Positions 50,597-63,256 of a stretch of DNA of 64,000 bases are shown one piece after another; position 1 is the stretch's first letter; every line of letters starts with the position of its first letter. The stretch comes from Leucoraja ocellata. Lineage: Eukaryota. The notes under the pieces were generated by a model that was not told the origin of the DNA, did not search any database, and saw only the letters and a list, made by a program, of their open reading frames with translations. Location of the stretch: NCBI GenBank assembly GCA_036785375.1, contig JAWMAR010000211.1, positions 3,162,001-3,226,000 of the forward strand, written 5' to 3'. The translations under genes and the position numbers were made by a program.

Positions 50597-51640
50597 TAGA
50601 AAGGAAAAAGGAGGAGGAGGAGGAGCCCGAGGGCTGAGGATGGGAGGAGACAGCAAGGGCTAACAAAATTGGGAGAATTCAATGTTCATGCCCGCAGGAT
50701 GCATACCCCGCAACACTGCTCTCTCTCCCCATCCCCCCACTCGCAACAAGGGCAGAGTCCCCCTAGTCCTCACCTTTCACCCCACCAGCCGTTACATACA
50801 ACAATACATACCGTCACATACATACATATCCTCCGTCAGTTTTGCCACCTCTAACGTGACCCCACCACTCGCCACATCTTCCCATCTCCCCCCATGTCTG
50901 CCTTCCACAAAGACCGCTACCTCCGTAACTCCCTTGTCAATTCTTCCCTTCCCTCCCGTACCACCCCCTCCCCGGGCACTTTCCGTTGCAACCGCAAGAG
51001 ATGCAACACTTGTCCCTTTACCTCCTCCCTCGACTCCATTCAAGGACCCAAACAGTCGTTCCAGGTGCGACAGAGGTTCACCTGCATCTCCTCCAACCTT
51101 ATCTATTGCATCCGCTACTCTAGATGTCAGCTGATCTATATCGGTGAGACCAAGCGGAGGCTTGGCAATCGTTTTGCCGAACACCTCCGCTCGGTCCGCA
51201 ATAACCAACCTGACCTCCCGGTGGATCAGCACTTCAACTCCCCCTCCCATTCTCCATGCAACCTCTCTGTCTTGGGTCTCCTCCATGGCCAGAGTGAGCA
51301 ACACTGGAAATTGGAGGAACAGCACCTCATATTCCGCTTCAGTAGTCTGCATCCTGCGGGCATGAACATTGAATTCTCCCAATTTTGTTAGCCCTTGCTG
51401 TCTCCTCCCCTTCCTCAGCCCTCGGGCTGTCTCCTCCCATCCCTCAGCCCTCGGGCTCCTCCTCCTCCTTCTTCCTTTCTTCTCCCCGCACCCCCCCCCA
51501 TACTCCATCAGTCTGAAGAAGGGTTTTGGCCCAAAACGTTGCCTATTTCCTTCGCTCCATAGATGCTGCTGCACCCGCTGAGTTTCTCCAGCATTTTTGT
51601 GTACCTTCGATTTTCCAGCATCTGCAGTTCCTTCTTATTC
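50597..51640 (+). mobile_element. Penelope-like element: 5' inverted segment + GIY-YIG endonuclease remnant + pLTR
   Basis: ORF 50894-51391: CNRKRCNTC..NLIYCIRYSRCQLIYIGETKRRLGNRFAEH..HFN..KLEEQHLIF..GMNIEF; 50597-50704 is an inverted copy of about 51348-51480. Confidence 0.9.
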
Positions 51641-52660
51641 ACTGTAAAGATCCTGACATGGTTTGACTTTCCAAAATACAACACCTCACATTGATCTGCA
51701 CAGCTGATCAAGACCATGCTATAATTTTTGATAACCATCTTCACTGTTGATAATACCCCCTACTTTAGTGTCATATGAAACCATACCATTATTGCTTTGT
51801 ACATCCTCATCCAAACCATTGATGAGAAACAATTTTCCTCCACCATCTTCTGCTTCCTTCCATGAAGATAACTCTAGATCCAGTCAGCTATCTCTTCCTG
51901 GATAGTATGCAGTCTAACCTTCCAGAGCAGTCCACCATGTGGTACCTTACAAAAGGCCTTGCTGAAGTCCAAGAAGACAACGTCTACGGCCTTGGTCTCA
52001 TCAACCTTCTTGGTTACTTCTTCAAAAACTCAAGCAAATTCATGAGACATGATCTCCCATGTACAAAACCATGCTGAATATCCATAGTCAGCCTCCTGTT
52101 TATCCAAGTGTATATATATATCTTATCCCTCAACATTATATCCAGTAACTTACCTGCTACATATGGTAAGTTATAGTTCCCAGGCTTTTCCCAGTTTCCC
52201 TTCTTAAATAGAGGCACAACGGCAGCCACTCTCTGGTCATCTGGCACCTGTCTTTAATGATGAATCATATATCTCTGCCAAGGTTCCTGCATTTTTCTAT
52301 CTTGCTTCCTACAGTGTCCTTAGATGTATCTGACCAGGCCCAGGAGAGTTATTTAACTTCATACATCTTAGTACATCCTGCACTTCCTTGACCACAACAT
52401 GAACTGTCCTAAAGACATTTCCATTATCTGTCCAAAATCCCCCAGTCTTCATGTCCACGGTCAAAGCAGAGGAGAAATACTATTTAGGACCTTGCCAATA
52501 TCCTATAGCTCCACACATACATAACCACTTTGGTTTCTGAGAGAGCCTATTCTTTCTGTCGCTCTTCTCCATGATGTACATAAAACATCTATAGATTTTC
52601 CTTAATCTTATCTGCCAGAGCTATGTCCTTCCCCATTTTTACCCTCCTGATTTCCTTCCA
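51640..52660 (-). mobile_element. Old CR1 LINE RT fragment
   Basis: VVPLFKKGNWEKPGNY..IQHGFVHGRSCLMNLLEF. Confidence 0.75.
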
Positions 52661-52679
52661 GGAAGTATGCTTGTCACTA

Positions 52680-53165
52680 GAACTTTGGTTTCCTCCCACA
52701 CTCCAAAGTAGTACAGGTTTGTAGGTTAATTGGCTTGGCATAAATGTAAATTGTCCCTAGTGTGTGTAAGATAGAGTTAATGTGCAGGGATCGCTGGTCG
52801 GCGCGGACTCGGTGGGCCAAAGGGCCTGTTTCTGCGCTGTATCTCTTAGCTAAAATATACAGCATGGAAACAGCCTACACTGACCCATTGTGCAGTAATT
52901 CAATATTAATTTTATTATATTGATTCTCTTCACATTCCCATCAACTGCACCCAGATTCCATCGCTCCACTATACGCGAGCCACAATTTACAGTGGCCAAT
53001 TAACCTACCAATGGGATGTGGAAGGAAACCAGAACACTGAAGGAAGCCCGGGCAGTCACAGGGAGAATATACAGGCTCCACACAGACAACACCCAAGGTC
53101 AGGATTGAACCTGGGTCTCTAATGCTATGAGGAAGCAGCTCAACTACCTGCACCACCATGCTACC
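52680..53165. mobile_element. Two V-SINE copies tail-to-tail (52680-52848 +, about 52930-53165 -)
   Basis: V-domain and tail on +; B-box and V-domain on -. Confidence 0.7.
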
Positions 53166-54530
53166 ATATGCATGTGACCCAAATACTCGGGGACCAAAGG
53201 CAAACTCTTGGCATACTGAGTACCCAACAGCATTTAGCATAAAACGTGTTCAGAAATTGAATTTCTAGGCCAACTGCATTTAAGCTAATGCAAGTACAGG
53301 AAAATTAATTCAATTCCTTACTGTTCAGTTTCCCCACAGCTTCTATTTTTACATTTTTATTCCATTCTACTTAAAAAATATCTCTGAGGAGCATCACAAT
53401 GACAGCAGTGATGTAGATATGCCATTCTCACCACTATGCCATAATTTACCTGAAAATCAAAGAGATACACAGGCAGGTGAAAGCTTCAGCTTTAACTCCC
53501 AATGTCAGTTTTTAGTTTGATTTTTCTCCCTTCAGTTGAAAAAGCTACCATGTTGAGAAAAGCTTGAATAACACTAATGCGTTTAATATTTTGGATTCTA
53601 TCTTTTGCAGTTAATCATTATATTTAGAACATAAAACATAAAACAATACAGCAGACAATCAGGCCCTTTGACCCACAATATCTGTGTTGAACATGATGCC
53701 AAGTTAAACAAATTCCTTCTGCCTGCACATGATCCATATTCCTCCATTCCCCGTATATCTACGTGAGTCAATGGCTGTTGAATTGAACATAACTATTGTG
53801 CTTTGGATACAATACACTAAATTCGACTGTTTGCAGCAAGCAGCATTCATTTTCATTAACTTTGCAATAATCTTTCTGAATAAGGTTTTGCAATCAAATA
53901 AACAGGATCAAATCAGGATCATGAACGACATCAAATAAGGTTTTTTACAACAAATGTGCTTTTTAGTTGATGATTTTAAACGTCTATTGTTTCTGCCTCC
54001 ACTATCATCTCTGGCAACGTATGTCGGTCACCCACCATGTTCTGTGTAAAACATATGCCCAGCACATCTCATTGAAACCATTCCCCTCTGACCTTAAACA
54101 CTAAACCTCTAGTCTTTGACATTTTCACCCTGGGAAAATGGTTCTGACCGACAACCTTATTTATGCCTCCCATAATTTTATATATGTCTGTCAGGTGTCC
54201 CCTCAACCTCTGACATTCCACAGAACCAATCCAAGTTTCTGCAACCTCTCCTTATAGCTAATGCCCTCTTATCCGGGCAGCATTCTGACATAGGTATTTG
54301 GGACCCTCCCCAAAGCCTCCACTTCCTCATGTATTGGGGTGGCCGGCAACTTGGTAACATTTTATCTTTTTCAATGAGAGTGAAATCTGTATCATAGAGT
54401 CATAGAGTGATACAGTGTGGAAACAGTCCCTTCGGCCCAACTTGCCCAACATGTCCCAGTTACACTAGTCCCACCTACTCGCATTTGGCCCATATCTCTC
54501 CAAACCTGTCCTTTCCATGTGCATGTCTAA

Positions 54531-55183
54531 TGGGCCTGACCCACTTAGGCGATTTTTCAGCGGGCTGCCAGCGACTGTCAAATTGCTGGTGACAGTCAAA
54601 TTTCCGGCAGTCACCTGAAAAACGATGAACAGGAAGGCTGGTGCTGTAAAAAGACGGGTAAAGCACAGTGTACGGTAAGTAGGGGGGGGGGGGGGGGGGG
54701 GGGGGGGGAGAGTGTGGGAGAGGGGGGAGAAGTGGGGAGAAGGAGTGGAGACAATTTTTAAGAAGCCAGAAATACACGGCTGTGAAGCTCGGCGGACATT
54801 TAACATTAGCCAGTTGGTTATCCTTGCTTCTGAAAACTGCTGCTTACTTTTTTTTCCCAATGAGCCAATGAAATTCATCGGTCAGTACCGGCTACAACCT
54901 AAGAGAGCCTCCAAGAACCTACGACCTCCTGGCGACCCACGTACGGCACGAGAATTCACGTTACTCTCCATGGCGGCTTCATTCTAGTCGCGCTAATTTT
55001 GAAACATGTTGAAAATGTTGTGGCGACCATAATGAGGCCGCGACTAGTTCCCAGAATGCGGGAACTCCTCGCGACCATGAAGGCGACTCCCCGGCAACCA
55101 CCCGCGAACATGTGGCGACCATGTGGCCACTGCATAGTCTCCTGCAGTCGGCTAAAAAGTCGACTAAGTGGGACAGGTGCCCT
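54531..55183. mobile_element. PIF/Harbinger-type MITE, subfamily A
   Basis: TGGGCCTGACCCACTTAGGCG left TIR after TAA; colinear with 40496-41267. Confidence 0.8.
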
Positions 55184-55199
55184 TTATCATTATATTTAA

Positions 55200-57380
55200 A
55201 GGTCTTCATTCAGGAGTGGTACTCTCTGCATTAGTCCCAGTGCCACGTGCTAATGAGAGCAGGGCAGGCCAGATGAATACATGGCTGAAATGGTGGTGCA
55301 GGGGCCAAGTGTTCAGGTTTTGTGATAAAATCATGAGAGGAATAGATCGGGTAGATGCTAAGAGACACTTGCCGAGTATAGGGGATTCAAAGACCAGAGA
55401 ACATAGGTTTAAGATGAAATGGAAAAGATTAATAGAAATCTGAAGGACAACTTTTTCACGCAATAGGTGGTGGGGGTAAGGAACAAGCTGCCAGAGGAGG
55501 TAGTTGAGGCAAGGACTATCCCAACTTTTAAACCACCATCTGCAGTTCCTTCTTACACAGATTGTAGGGAAATTACATTAGCTGTAATAATAGGGAGGTG
55601 TTAGTGGGAGTTTATAATTTCACTCATATTGACTGAGTCTCCTTTGGTGTTTAGGACTTGTATCGGGTGGAATTTGTTAAATGTTTCCCAAGAAAATTTC
55701 CTTAATCAATAGATCGAGGGACATACTAGAGATAATAAGCTTCATCTCCTCTTAGGGAATGAAGTAAAAGTGCCTGTCCCACTTGGGTGACCTAATCCGC
55801 GAGTTCTGGTCCTAGGATGTCTTTGTAACTCTCCTTCATGCTCGAGAGTAGTCCCCGTGTACTCGAGGCTTCAGCTAGGTTGTGGCGTATTTTTCAACAT
55901 GTTGAAAAATGCCCACGAGTAAAAAAAAGTTGCCATGGAAAAAATCGATACTTTTTTACTCGTAGATTTAGTCGTAGTAGATCGTAGTAGGTCGACATGT
56001 TAGTCGTAGGTAATCAAGGGTAGTCAAAGGTAGTCAGTGGTGGTCATAGATAGTCTTCATCATCGTCGAAGGGAGATCGAAGGGAGGTCAAAGGATATTG
56101 AAGAAGGCCGTCTTCACTCTCCACTATTCGGTGTCCAATTTTCCCGAAGTTAGTCGAAGCTAGTCAAAGCTGGTCTTCAACATAGACGAAGGAGGTATTC
56201 TACATATTCGAAGGAGGTCTTCAACATGACATTTTTTCAAACTCTCTAAACTCTTCTAAACTCGCCAATTCGGTCGCCCAAGTGGGACAGCCCCATGAAG
56301 ACAAATGACTGATGTATTAAAAATGGAGCCTTTAACACATGGGACCAGTGACCATGATTTTATTTGTTTTAATGTAGTTATAGAGAAGGACAGGAATGGC
56401 CTACAGGTTAAGGTCCAGATTTGGGACACGGCCTATTTTGCAGGTATTAGGCAGGAACTTGCAAAGGTCGATTCAGAGAGCTTCTTTGTAGCAACGTGGA
56501 TGGCTGGTAAATAGGAGGCTTTCAAAAGTGAGCTAGAAAGAGTGCAGAGGCAACACGTTCCTGTTCTGATAAAGGGCAAAGTTGACAAATTCAGAGAAGC
56601 CAGGTTGAAGAGAGATGTTGAGACGTTGGTCAGGAAAATAGTGGCATACATCAGATTTAGTCAGTCAGAATCAGGAAATTTAACTTAAAAAGTTAAGGAG
56701 TACTCTTAAGAAGAATATCAGGAAGGCAAATAGAGGACATGGAGCTGGCAGGCATGGTAAAGTAAGGAAAATCTAAACAGATTCTACAGGTGCACAAAGT
56801 GTAAAAGTGTGTTTCGGCAAAGAATAGGCACCCTTAAAGATCGACGTTGTAGTTCTTGTGCAGAACCACAAGAGATGGGGGAGATATTAAATGAAAACTT
56901 GTTTGTTTTTATTGAAGAGGTCATGCAAGGAATTGAGGCATAGGAGTTGTATTATCTTAGATCATGTGCAAACTATCAAAAAGGTGGTATTGGAGGTTTT
57001 ACAGTGCATTAAGGTGGACAAGGTGCATCTTTAGATCTTGTGGGAAGCACGGGAGTAAGTTGCAGAGGCCTTTGCAGATATATTTGCATCATCTTTAGCC
57101 ACAGGTAAAGTTCCAGAAGACTGGAAGATGGCTAATGCCGTACCTTTATTAAGAAGGACAACAAGGACAAGACAAGGAACTATAGGCCAGAGAACCTGAT
57201 GTCAGTAGTGGGAAAGCTATTGAAGGGGATTCCTAAGGACAGGATCCACCTGCATTTGGATAGGCAGAAATTGGTTAGGGATAGTCTGTATGGCTTTTGC
57301 ATAGGAAATCATGTCTCACAAATCTGATCAAATTTTTTTAAGAGGTCATCAAGAGGATTGATGAGGGCAGGGCAGTGAAT
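55200..57380 (+). mobile_element. Old degenerate CR1 LINE, interrupted by a CR1 3' end and MITE E
   Basis: GTSDHDFICFNV; GTTCCAGAAGACTGGAAGATGGCTAATG and GGAACTATAGGCCAG motifs parallel those in 28025-29941. Confidence 0.65.
55769..56295. mobile_element. PIF/Harbinger-type MITE, subfamily E
   Basis: TGTCCCACTTGGGYGACC TIRs; perfect 22-bp palindrome 55889-55910; GTCGWAG repeats. Confidence 0.8.
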
Positions 57381-57478
57381 CTGCTCCAACATCCTTTTGT
57401 TCATTTAATTCCTTATCGTAATGATACAAGGTACCAAAAATAAACCTCATGTTGCCTTTGGTTCTTCAGGGAGTGATA

Positions 57479-58320
57479 TCTATATAACTAAAAGTCTCAT
57501 ATTGACCACTTCCTGTCTGCGCTGTATATTGATTTTAGAAAACACGCTACCATATATCACCATGATTTTTGGCCATCTTACTCACAGTCCTCCTCCGCTG
57601 AGGCAGCCCTGAGGATTTTTCCGATCGATGAAAAATGAAAAAGTTATGAGTATTTAAAAAATCTTGAGATCAGCTGATTGGTCCTCTCGCCTGTCAATCA
57701 CCATAATGATTGTAACACCCCTACTGGGGAGGAAAGGGGGGGGGGGGGGCAGGACTATACAACCATGGATGCCTCAATGTGAGTCAGTCACTCTGGAAGA
57801 TCACAAAGGAGAATCCACAACTGTGATTGTAAGCTGTCAATTAACTGAACTGTGAGTTTGCAATGTACTTGCAATAAATGATTTGTTAGCCCTTAATGAC
57901 AATGCAATGAGTTGTTTGACAGTTTGGTGGCCTGCACTCTGCTTGAAATGCTATGAAACTGAATATGGTGGCCTGCACTCTGCTTGAAATGGTATGAAGC
58001 TGAATGTGGTGGCCTGCACTCTGCTTCAAATGCTATGAAACTGAGCTGCCAGCCCACCAGGCCTGAGTGACTGAGCTGCCAGCCCTCCAGGCCTGAGTGA
58101 CTGAGCTGCCAGCCCAAGAATCCATTCGGCCAACAATATCCATACTAGCCCTCCAGAAACAAGTCTCTTCGGCCCACAACACCCATACTAGCGCTCCAGA
58201 AATCCCTCCCCCCCCCCCCACTGGCGACCAATGTTGGAATTGGTGGAGTGGTGGAATATTGCGTTGGGGGACCAGCCATCCCGTGTGAACATGGGACCCA
58301 ACGGGTCCCACTTAGTCTAG
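57479..58320 (+). mobile_element. Non-autonomous Helitron (842 bp)
   Basis: A|TCTATATAACTAAAA 5' end; hairpin TGGGACCC-AAC-GGGTCCCA (58292-58310) 6 nt before terminal CTAG|T; no TSD. Confidence 0.85.
57925..58115. repeat. Minisatellites inside the Helitron: 41 bp x ~3, then 30 bp x ~2.5
   Basis: Units start at 57925/57966/58007 and 58040/58070/58100. Confidence 0.9.
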
Positions 58321-58459
58321 TTAGTACTATTATTGAAAACACATTCCCCTATTTAGGCTATCAAAACATTTGGTCATTAATGGAACCTTTCTAAATCCAT
58401 TTTTTAACATTATTTGTTCTGAGCAGGACATCTCTAGTGTTTCTAGCTTATTTATATTA

Positions 58460-59105
58460 TTGAGTATAGGAGCAAACAGGTCCTTTTGCAGTTGTACAGG
58501 GCCCAGGTGAGACCATAACTGGAGTATTGTGTGCAGTTTTGGTCTCCAAACTTGAGAAAGGACATTCTTGCTATTAAGGGAGTGCAGCGTAGGTTCATGA
58601 GGTTAATTCCCGGGATGGCGGGACTGTCATATGCTGAAAGAATAGAGCGACTGAGCTTGTATACACTGGAAATTAGAAGGATGAGAGGAGATCTTATTGA
58701 AACATATAAGATTATTATGGGATTGGACACGCTAGATAAAGACAGGAAACATGTTCCTGATGTTGGGGGAGTTCAGAACCAGGGGCCACAGTTTAAGAAT
58801 AAGGGGTAAGCCATTTAGAACGGAGATGAGAAAAAACCTTTTCACCCAGAGAGTTGTGAATCTGTGGAATTCTCTGCCTCAGGAGGCCAATTATCTGGAT
58901 GCTTTCAAGAGAGAGTCAGATAGAGTTCTTAAAGATAACGGAATCAAGGGTTATGAGAAGAACTCAGGAACGGGGTATTGATTGTGGATGATCAGCCATC
59001 ACAGTGAATGGCGGTGCTGGCTCAAAGGGCCAAATGGCCTACTCTTGCACCTAATGTCTATTGTCTATTGTCTATTGTCTATTGTTTATTGTCTATTGTC
59101 TATTA
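58460..59105 (+). mobile_element. CR1/HER1 LINE 3' fragment
   Basis: QFWSPNLRKDILAIKGVQRRF..RMRGDLIETYKI; (CTATTGT)n tail. Confidence 0.9.
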
Positions 59106-60224
59106 CCGAAGTCCTTCATTCCTGCTACCATCCAATAAATCTCTTCTGCATCGGCTCCAAGGCATTAGCATGTGGCGTATGGGCTTCAACAATTACTGCA
59201 GCCAACATCTCAATAGGTTATTTCACCAATATTTAGCAGCACTCCTTCATATTGTACTTTTTATAGTCCTTTTAATAAAGCCAAAGATCCTAAGAATTAA
59301 CTTGCTCTGCCAGATTCAAAGATGTACTACGTAAGGTCCCATGACTTCTTATTGAAAGAAGCTGAAGAATGTTTTATTCCCCTCTACTGACATAGATATG
59401 ATCGAAAAAGATAAAAATGTCACCATGGCAACAAGCGTAATAATTTTCAACAAAGTATGCATTCAAATTTTTAAACGCATTATTGCTATGCCATTTTTTT
59501 CTAAAAATACCTTGTGGTGGCGGGGAACATTTAATTATTCTTCATACCTCGTTTCCCTTTTCCATGACTCCCAGTCTAAAGTAGGGTCTTGACCCAAAAT
59601 GTCACCTTTTCCTCATCTCCAGAGATGCTGCCTGTCCCGCTGAGTTGCACCAGCATTTTGTGTCTACGTTCGGTTTAATCCAGCATCTGCCGTTCCTTCC
59701 TACACATAGGCATCACTTTATTTTTGTCGGAGGTTATGGGGAGAAGGCAGGAGAATGGGGTTAGGTGGGAGAGATAGATCAGCCGTGATTGAATGACGGA
59801 ATAGACTTGATGGGCCGAATGGCCTATTTCTACTCATATCACTTATGATCTTTCTCTGCACTGGTGGTCCAGGGCAGTTGCCAAACCCAGAAACGTTACC
59901 TATCCATAAGAGTTCTGACCCTTGGGAAACATAACTTCATTCCATTTGTAATCATTGTTTTTGTGAGACTCCTGGGATCAATTGGCTGTTGTGTTTCCAA
60001 AACCACAACAATAACTGTACATCAAAATATTCTTACTTTGCTGGAAGGTACTCTCTGAATCCGTCAATGATTGTGATGGTTCTATATAAATGAAAGCATC
60101 TCATTCAATGTTTGTATCTTAGGGATAACAGAATCAAAATAGTCAATAAAACTTCAGTTATGTCATCGATTAAAATAGCTTTGCTTTATCCATAAGCTCT
60201 CCCACTGTTCCTTCATATCCACAT

Positions 60225-61325
60225 AATTGGGAAAAGGGGAAGTACAAAGGGATCTGGGGGTCCTTTTTCATCAGTCAATGAAAGTAAAAGCCCTGTCCCA
60301 TGGTACGAGTTCATTCCAAGAGCTCTCCCGAGTTTGCCCTGATTCGAACTCAGAGATTTACGGTAATGGCCACTCTTCGGTACTCGGGGATCTCTTGGAC
60401 ATTTTTCAACATGTTGAAAAATCTTCACGCATCTTCCCGTGCTTACCTGCAGTTAGCGAGTCTTCCCGAGTACCTGCCGTTAGCGTTACGAGCCGCTAAG
60501 AGACATCCCCGAGCTCCGAAGTACCCGCTACGTTCATTCTCCGTGCTTACCATGAGTTTATTTATTTATTTATTTGTTTTATTATTTATTTCGATTGTTT
60601 ATTTGATTTTTTTAAACTCGGGAGAGCTCTTGGAATGAACTCGTACCGTGCGACAGGGCTTTAAGCTCGCAGGTACAGCAGGCAGTGAAGAAAGCGAATG
60701 GCATGTTGGCCTTCATAACAAGAGGGTTTGAATATAGGAGCAAAGAGGTCCTTCTGCTGTTGTACAGGGCCCTAATGAGACCACACCTGGAGTATTGTGT
60801 GCAGTTTTGGTCCCCTAATTTGAAGAAGGACATTATTGTTATTGTGAGAGTGCAGTGTAGGTTTACAAGGTTAATTCCCAGGATGGCGGGACTGTCATAT
60901 GCTGAGAGAATGGAGCGGCTGAGCTTGTATACTATGTAGTTTAGAAGGATGAGAGGGGATTTTATTGAAACATATCAGATTATTACGGGTTTGGAAATGC
61001 TAGAGGCAGGAAACATGCTTCTGATGTTGGTGGAGCACAGAACCAGGGGCCATAGTTGAAGAATAAGGAGTAAGCCATTTAGAACGGAGATGAGGAAACA
61101 CTTTTTCACACAGTGAGTTGTGAGTCTGTGGAATTCTCTGCCTTAGAGGGCAGTGGGGGCCGGTTCTCTGGATACTTTCAAGAGAGAGCTAGATAGAGCT
61201 CTTAAAGATAGCGGAGTCCAGGGATATGGGGAGATGGGAGGACAGGGTACAGATTGGGGCTGAATGGCGGTGCTGGCTCAAAGGGCTGAATGGCCTACTC
61301 CTGCACTGATTGTCTATTGTCTAAT
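60225..61325 (+). mobile_element. CR1/HER1 LINE 3' fragment interrupted by MITE B
   Basis: Colinear with 29205-29941 once 60288-60664 is removed. Confidence 0.9.
60288..60661. mobile_element. PIF/Harbinger-type MITE, subfamily B-related
   Basis: ~45-bp TIR AAGCCCTGTCCCAYGGTACGAGTTCATTCCAAGAGCTCTCCCGAGTTT; TAA TSD supported by the empty site AAAGTAAGCA in the CR1 copy at 29261-29270; palindrome 60401-60422. Confidence 0.9.
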
Positions 61326-62304
61326 GATTATTCTCATTTGTTCATTTGACCCCATTTTAACAATCTTTAATTATCAATTTGATTCCTCCTTTGACCCACT
61401 TGTATTATATTAGCTCTTTTAAAAAAATCTATAATAGTTTCATGTATCATAATGGATTCCCTCCAATTTTTCTTTATCTTTCCTGAATAATTTCAGCAAT
61501 GGGTTAGCAACGTTCACCAGAACTACTTCTCAATAATGTACCCACTTTGCCACAGATCTACATCTGAGTTACAAAGCACTTTACCAGGTTAAATTTACCA
61601 GATTAAATTGTGCAGGGAAAAAAAACAAAAATGCTGGAATTACTCTGAAGATCAAGAATCCTTTGTTGAGAAGGAAACAGGGTTAATGTTTCAGAACAAA
61701 GACCATTTGTCAAAATCTGCCATGGGTTCAGCAGGTAGATTCCCCAACATAAGTGTTGGGGAAATCGATAAGTTTCTTTACTGTCACATGCCTCAGTACA
61801 GATGCAGGAAATGTGAAATTTTAAGCAGAAAATATTGGAAATATTTAGCACATCAGATGGTTCTGAAGAAGGGTCAATTGAAACATTGAATCTGTTTCTC
61901 TTTCCACAGATGCTGACTGGCCTACTGAGTAATTCCAGTATATTCTGTTTTTATTGTAAGCATACTCTGAGCGCTGTCAGGAAGTCAATGATAGGAATGT
62001 TAACTAAACTAATTAGGTAAATTGTACAAAAGAAACTAGTGGATCTTGACTTGACTTGGCCAATCTTTGCAAGTTAGTGTGGAATGTCTTAGAGCAGAGA
62101 ACATAGAACAGTACAGCACCGGAACAAGCTCATTGGTCCATGATATCTGTTTCAACCATGATGCTAGGTTAATCTAACCCCATCTGCCTGCACATGATCC
62201 ATATCCCTCCCATTCCTGCATGTTCATGTGCGTCTCCAAGTGCCTCTTAATACCACTATCATATCTGCTTTCACTATCACCGCTGAAAGAATTGGAATTG
62301 CTCT

Positions 62305-63082
62305 GATAGTGGCGGCGCTGGTGAACGGCTGCGGCTTGCCTGCTGTCCGTTTGTTTTTACTTTTTTGTGTTGTGTTTTTTTGTTTTGTCTAGTTAAGTTT
62401 TTGGTTTTTAGGTTGTGTTTATGTGGGGGGGGTGTTTATGTGTGGCGCTCCTGTGAGGGCGGCCTGGCGAGGGGCTGAGACTCTCCTGTGAGGGGCTGTG
62501 GCGCTCCCGTCGGAGTGGCCCAGCCCAAGGGTGGAATGGCGTTCCCGTTGGAGCGGCCCAGCCCAAGGGTGGAATGGCGCTCTCGTCGGAGCGGCCCTGC
62601 TCGAGGGAGGAACCGCACTCACGTGAGGGCGATCCGGCTCGGGGCTGGAACGGCGCTCCGGTGGCTGGGATGATGTTCTGGCAGCGGTGACCTGAGTCTG
62701 GGGTTCAGCCGCGAGCCAGCGGCTGCGTCCGCTGGACTGGAGGGCGGCAGCTCCGACCACCCTGGGCCGCGGTGTTTGAGCCGGCCCGTTTGCGGGGTTC
62801 GGTGAGCCGCGGGACTGGTTGTACCATCGCCCGGTGGGGAATCGCCTCAGCGCAGAGGGAGAAGAGGAGGGAAGAGACTGCAGCCCTAAGATTTTTGCCT
62901 CCACCACAGTGAGGAGGTGCTTAGAGGATACACTGTGGTGGATGTTAATTTGTGTTTATTGTTGTTTATTATTGTATGATTGTATGTATGACTGCAGGCA
63001 CGAAATTTTGTTCAGACCATAAGGTCTGAATGACAATAAAGGTATTCTATTCTATTCTATTCTATTCTATTCTATTCTATTT
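62305..63082 (+). mobile_element. GC-rich SINE-like non-autonomous retroelement, Rex-type tail + (CTATT)n
   Basis: Same scaffold; hairpin 62897-62944; tail GAATGACAATAAAGG(TATTC)n. Confidence 0.6.
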
Positions 63083-63104
63083 AAGATTACAAAAGTGCAG
63101 GGTG

Positions 63105-63256
63105 TGTATTAAGGAACTGCAGATGCTGGTTTAAACCGAAGATAGACACCAAAAGCTGGAGTAACTCAGTGGGTCAGACAACATCACTGGAGCAAAGGAA
63201 TGGGTGACGTTTCAGGTCGAGACCCTAAAGAAATGTCACCTATTCCTTTTCTCCAA
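63105..63256. mobile_element. Inverted Penelope pLTR remnant
   Basis: AAGGAACTGCAGATGCTGG.. followed by short inverted AAATGTCACCTATTCCTTTTCTCCA. Confidence 0.7.

Noticed and set aside
50792-51574. 260-aa minus-strand ORF
   Set aside because: Antisense shadow of the Penelope GIY-YIG frame.
57925-58115. Regular direct repeats as a possible CRISPR array
   Set aside because: Head-to-tail units with no unique spacers, in eukaryotic Helitron context.
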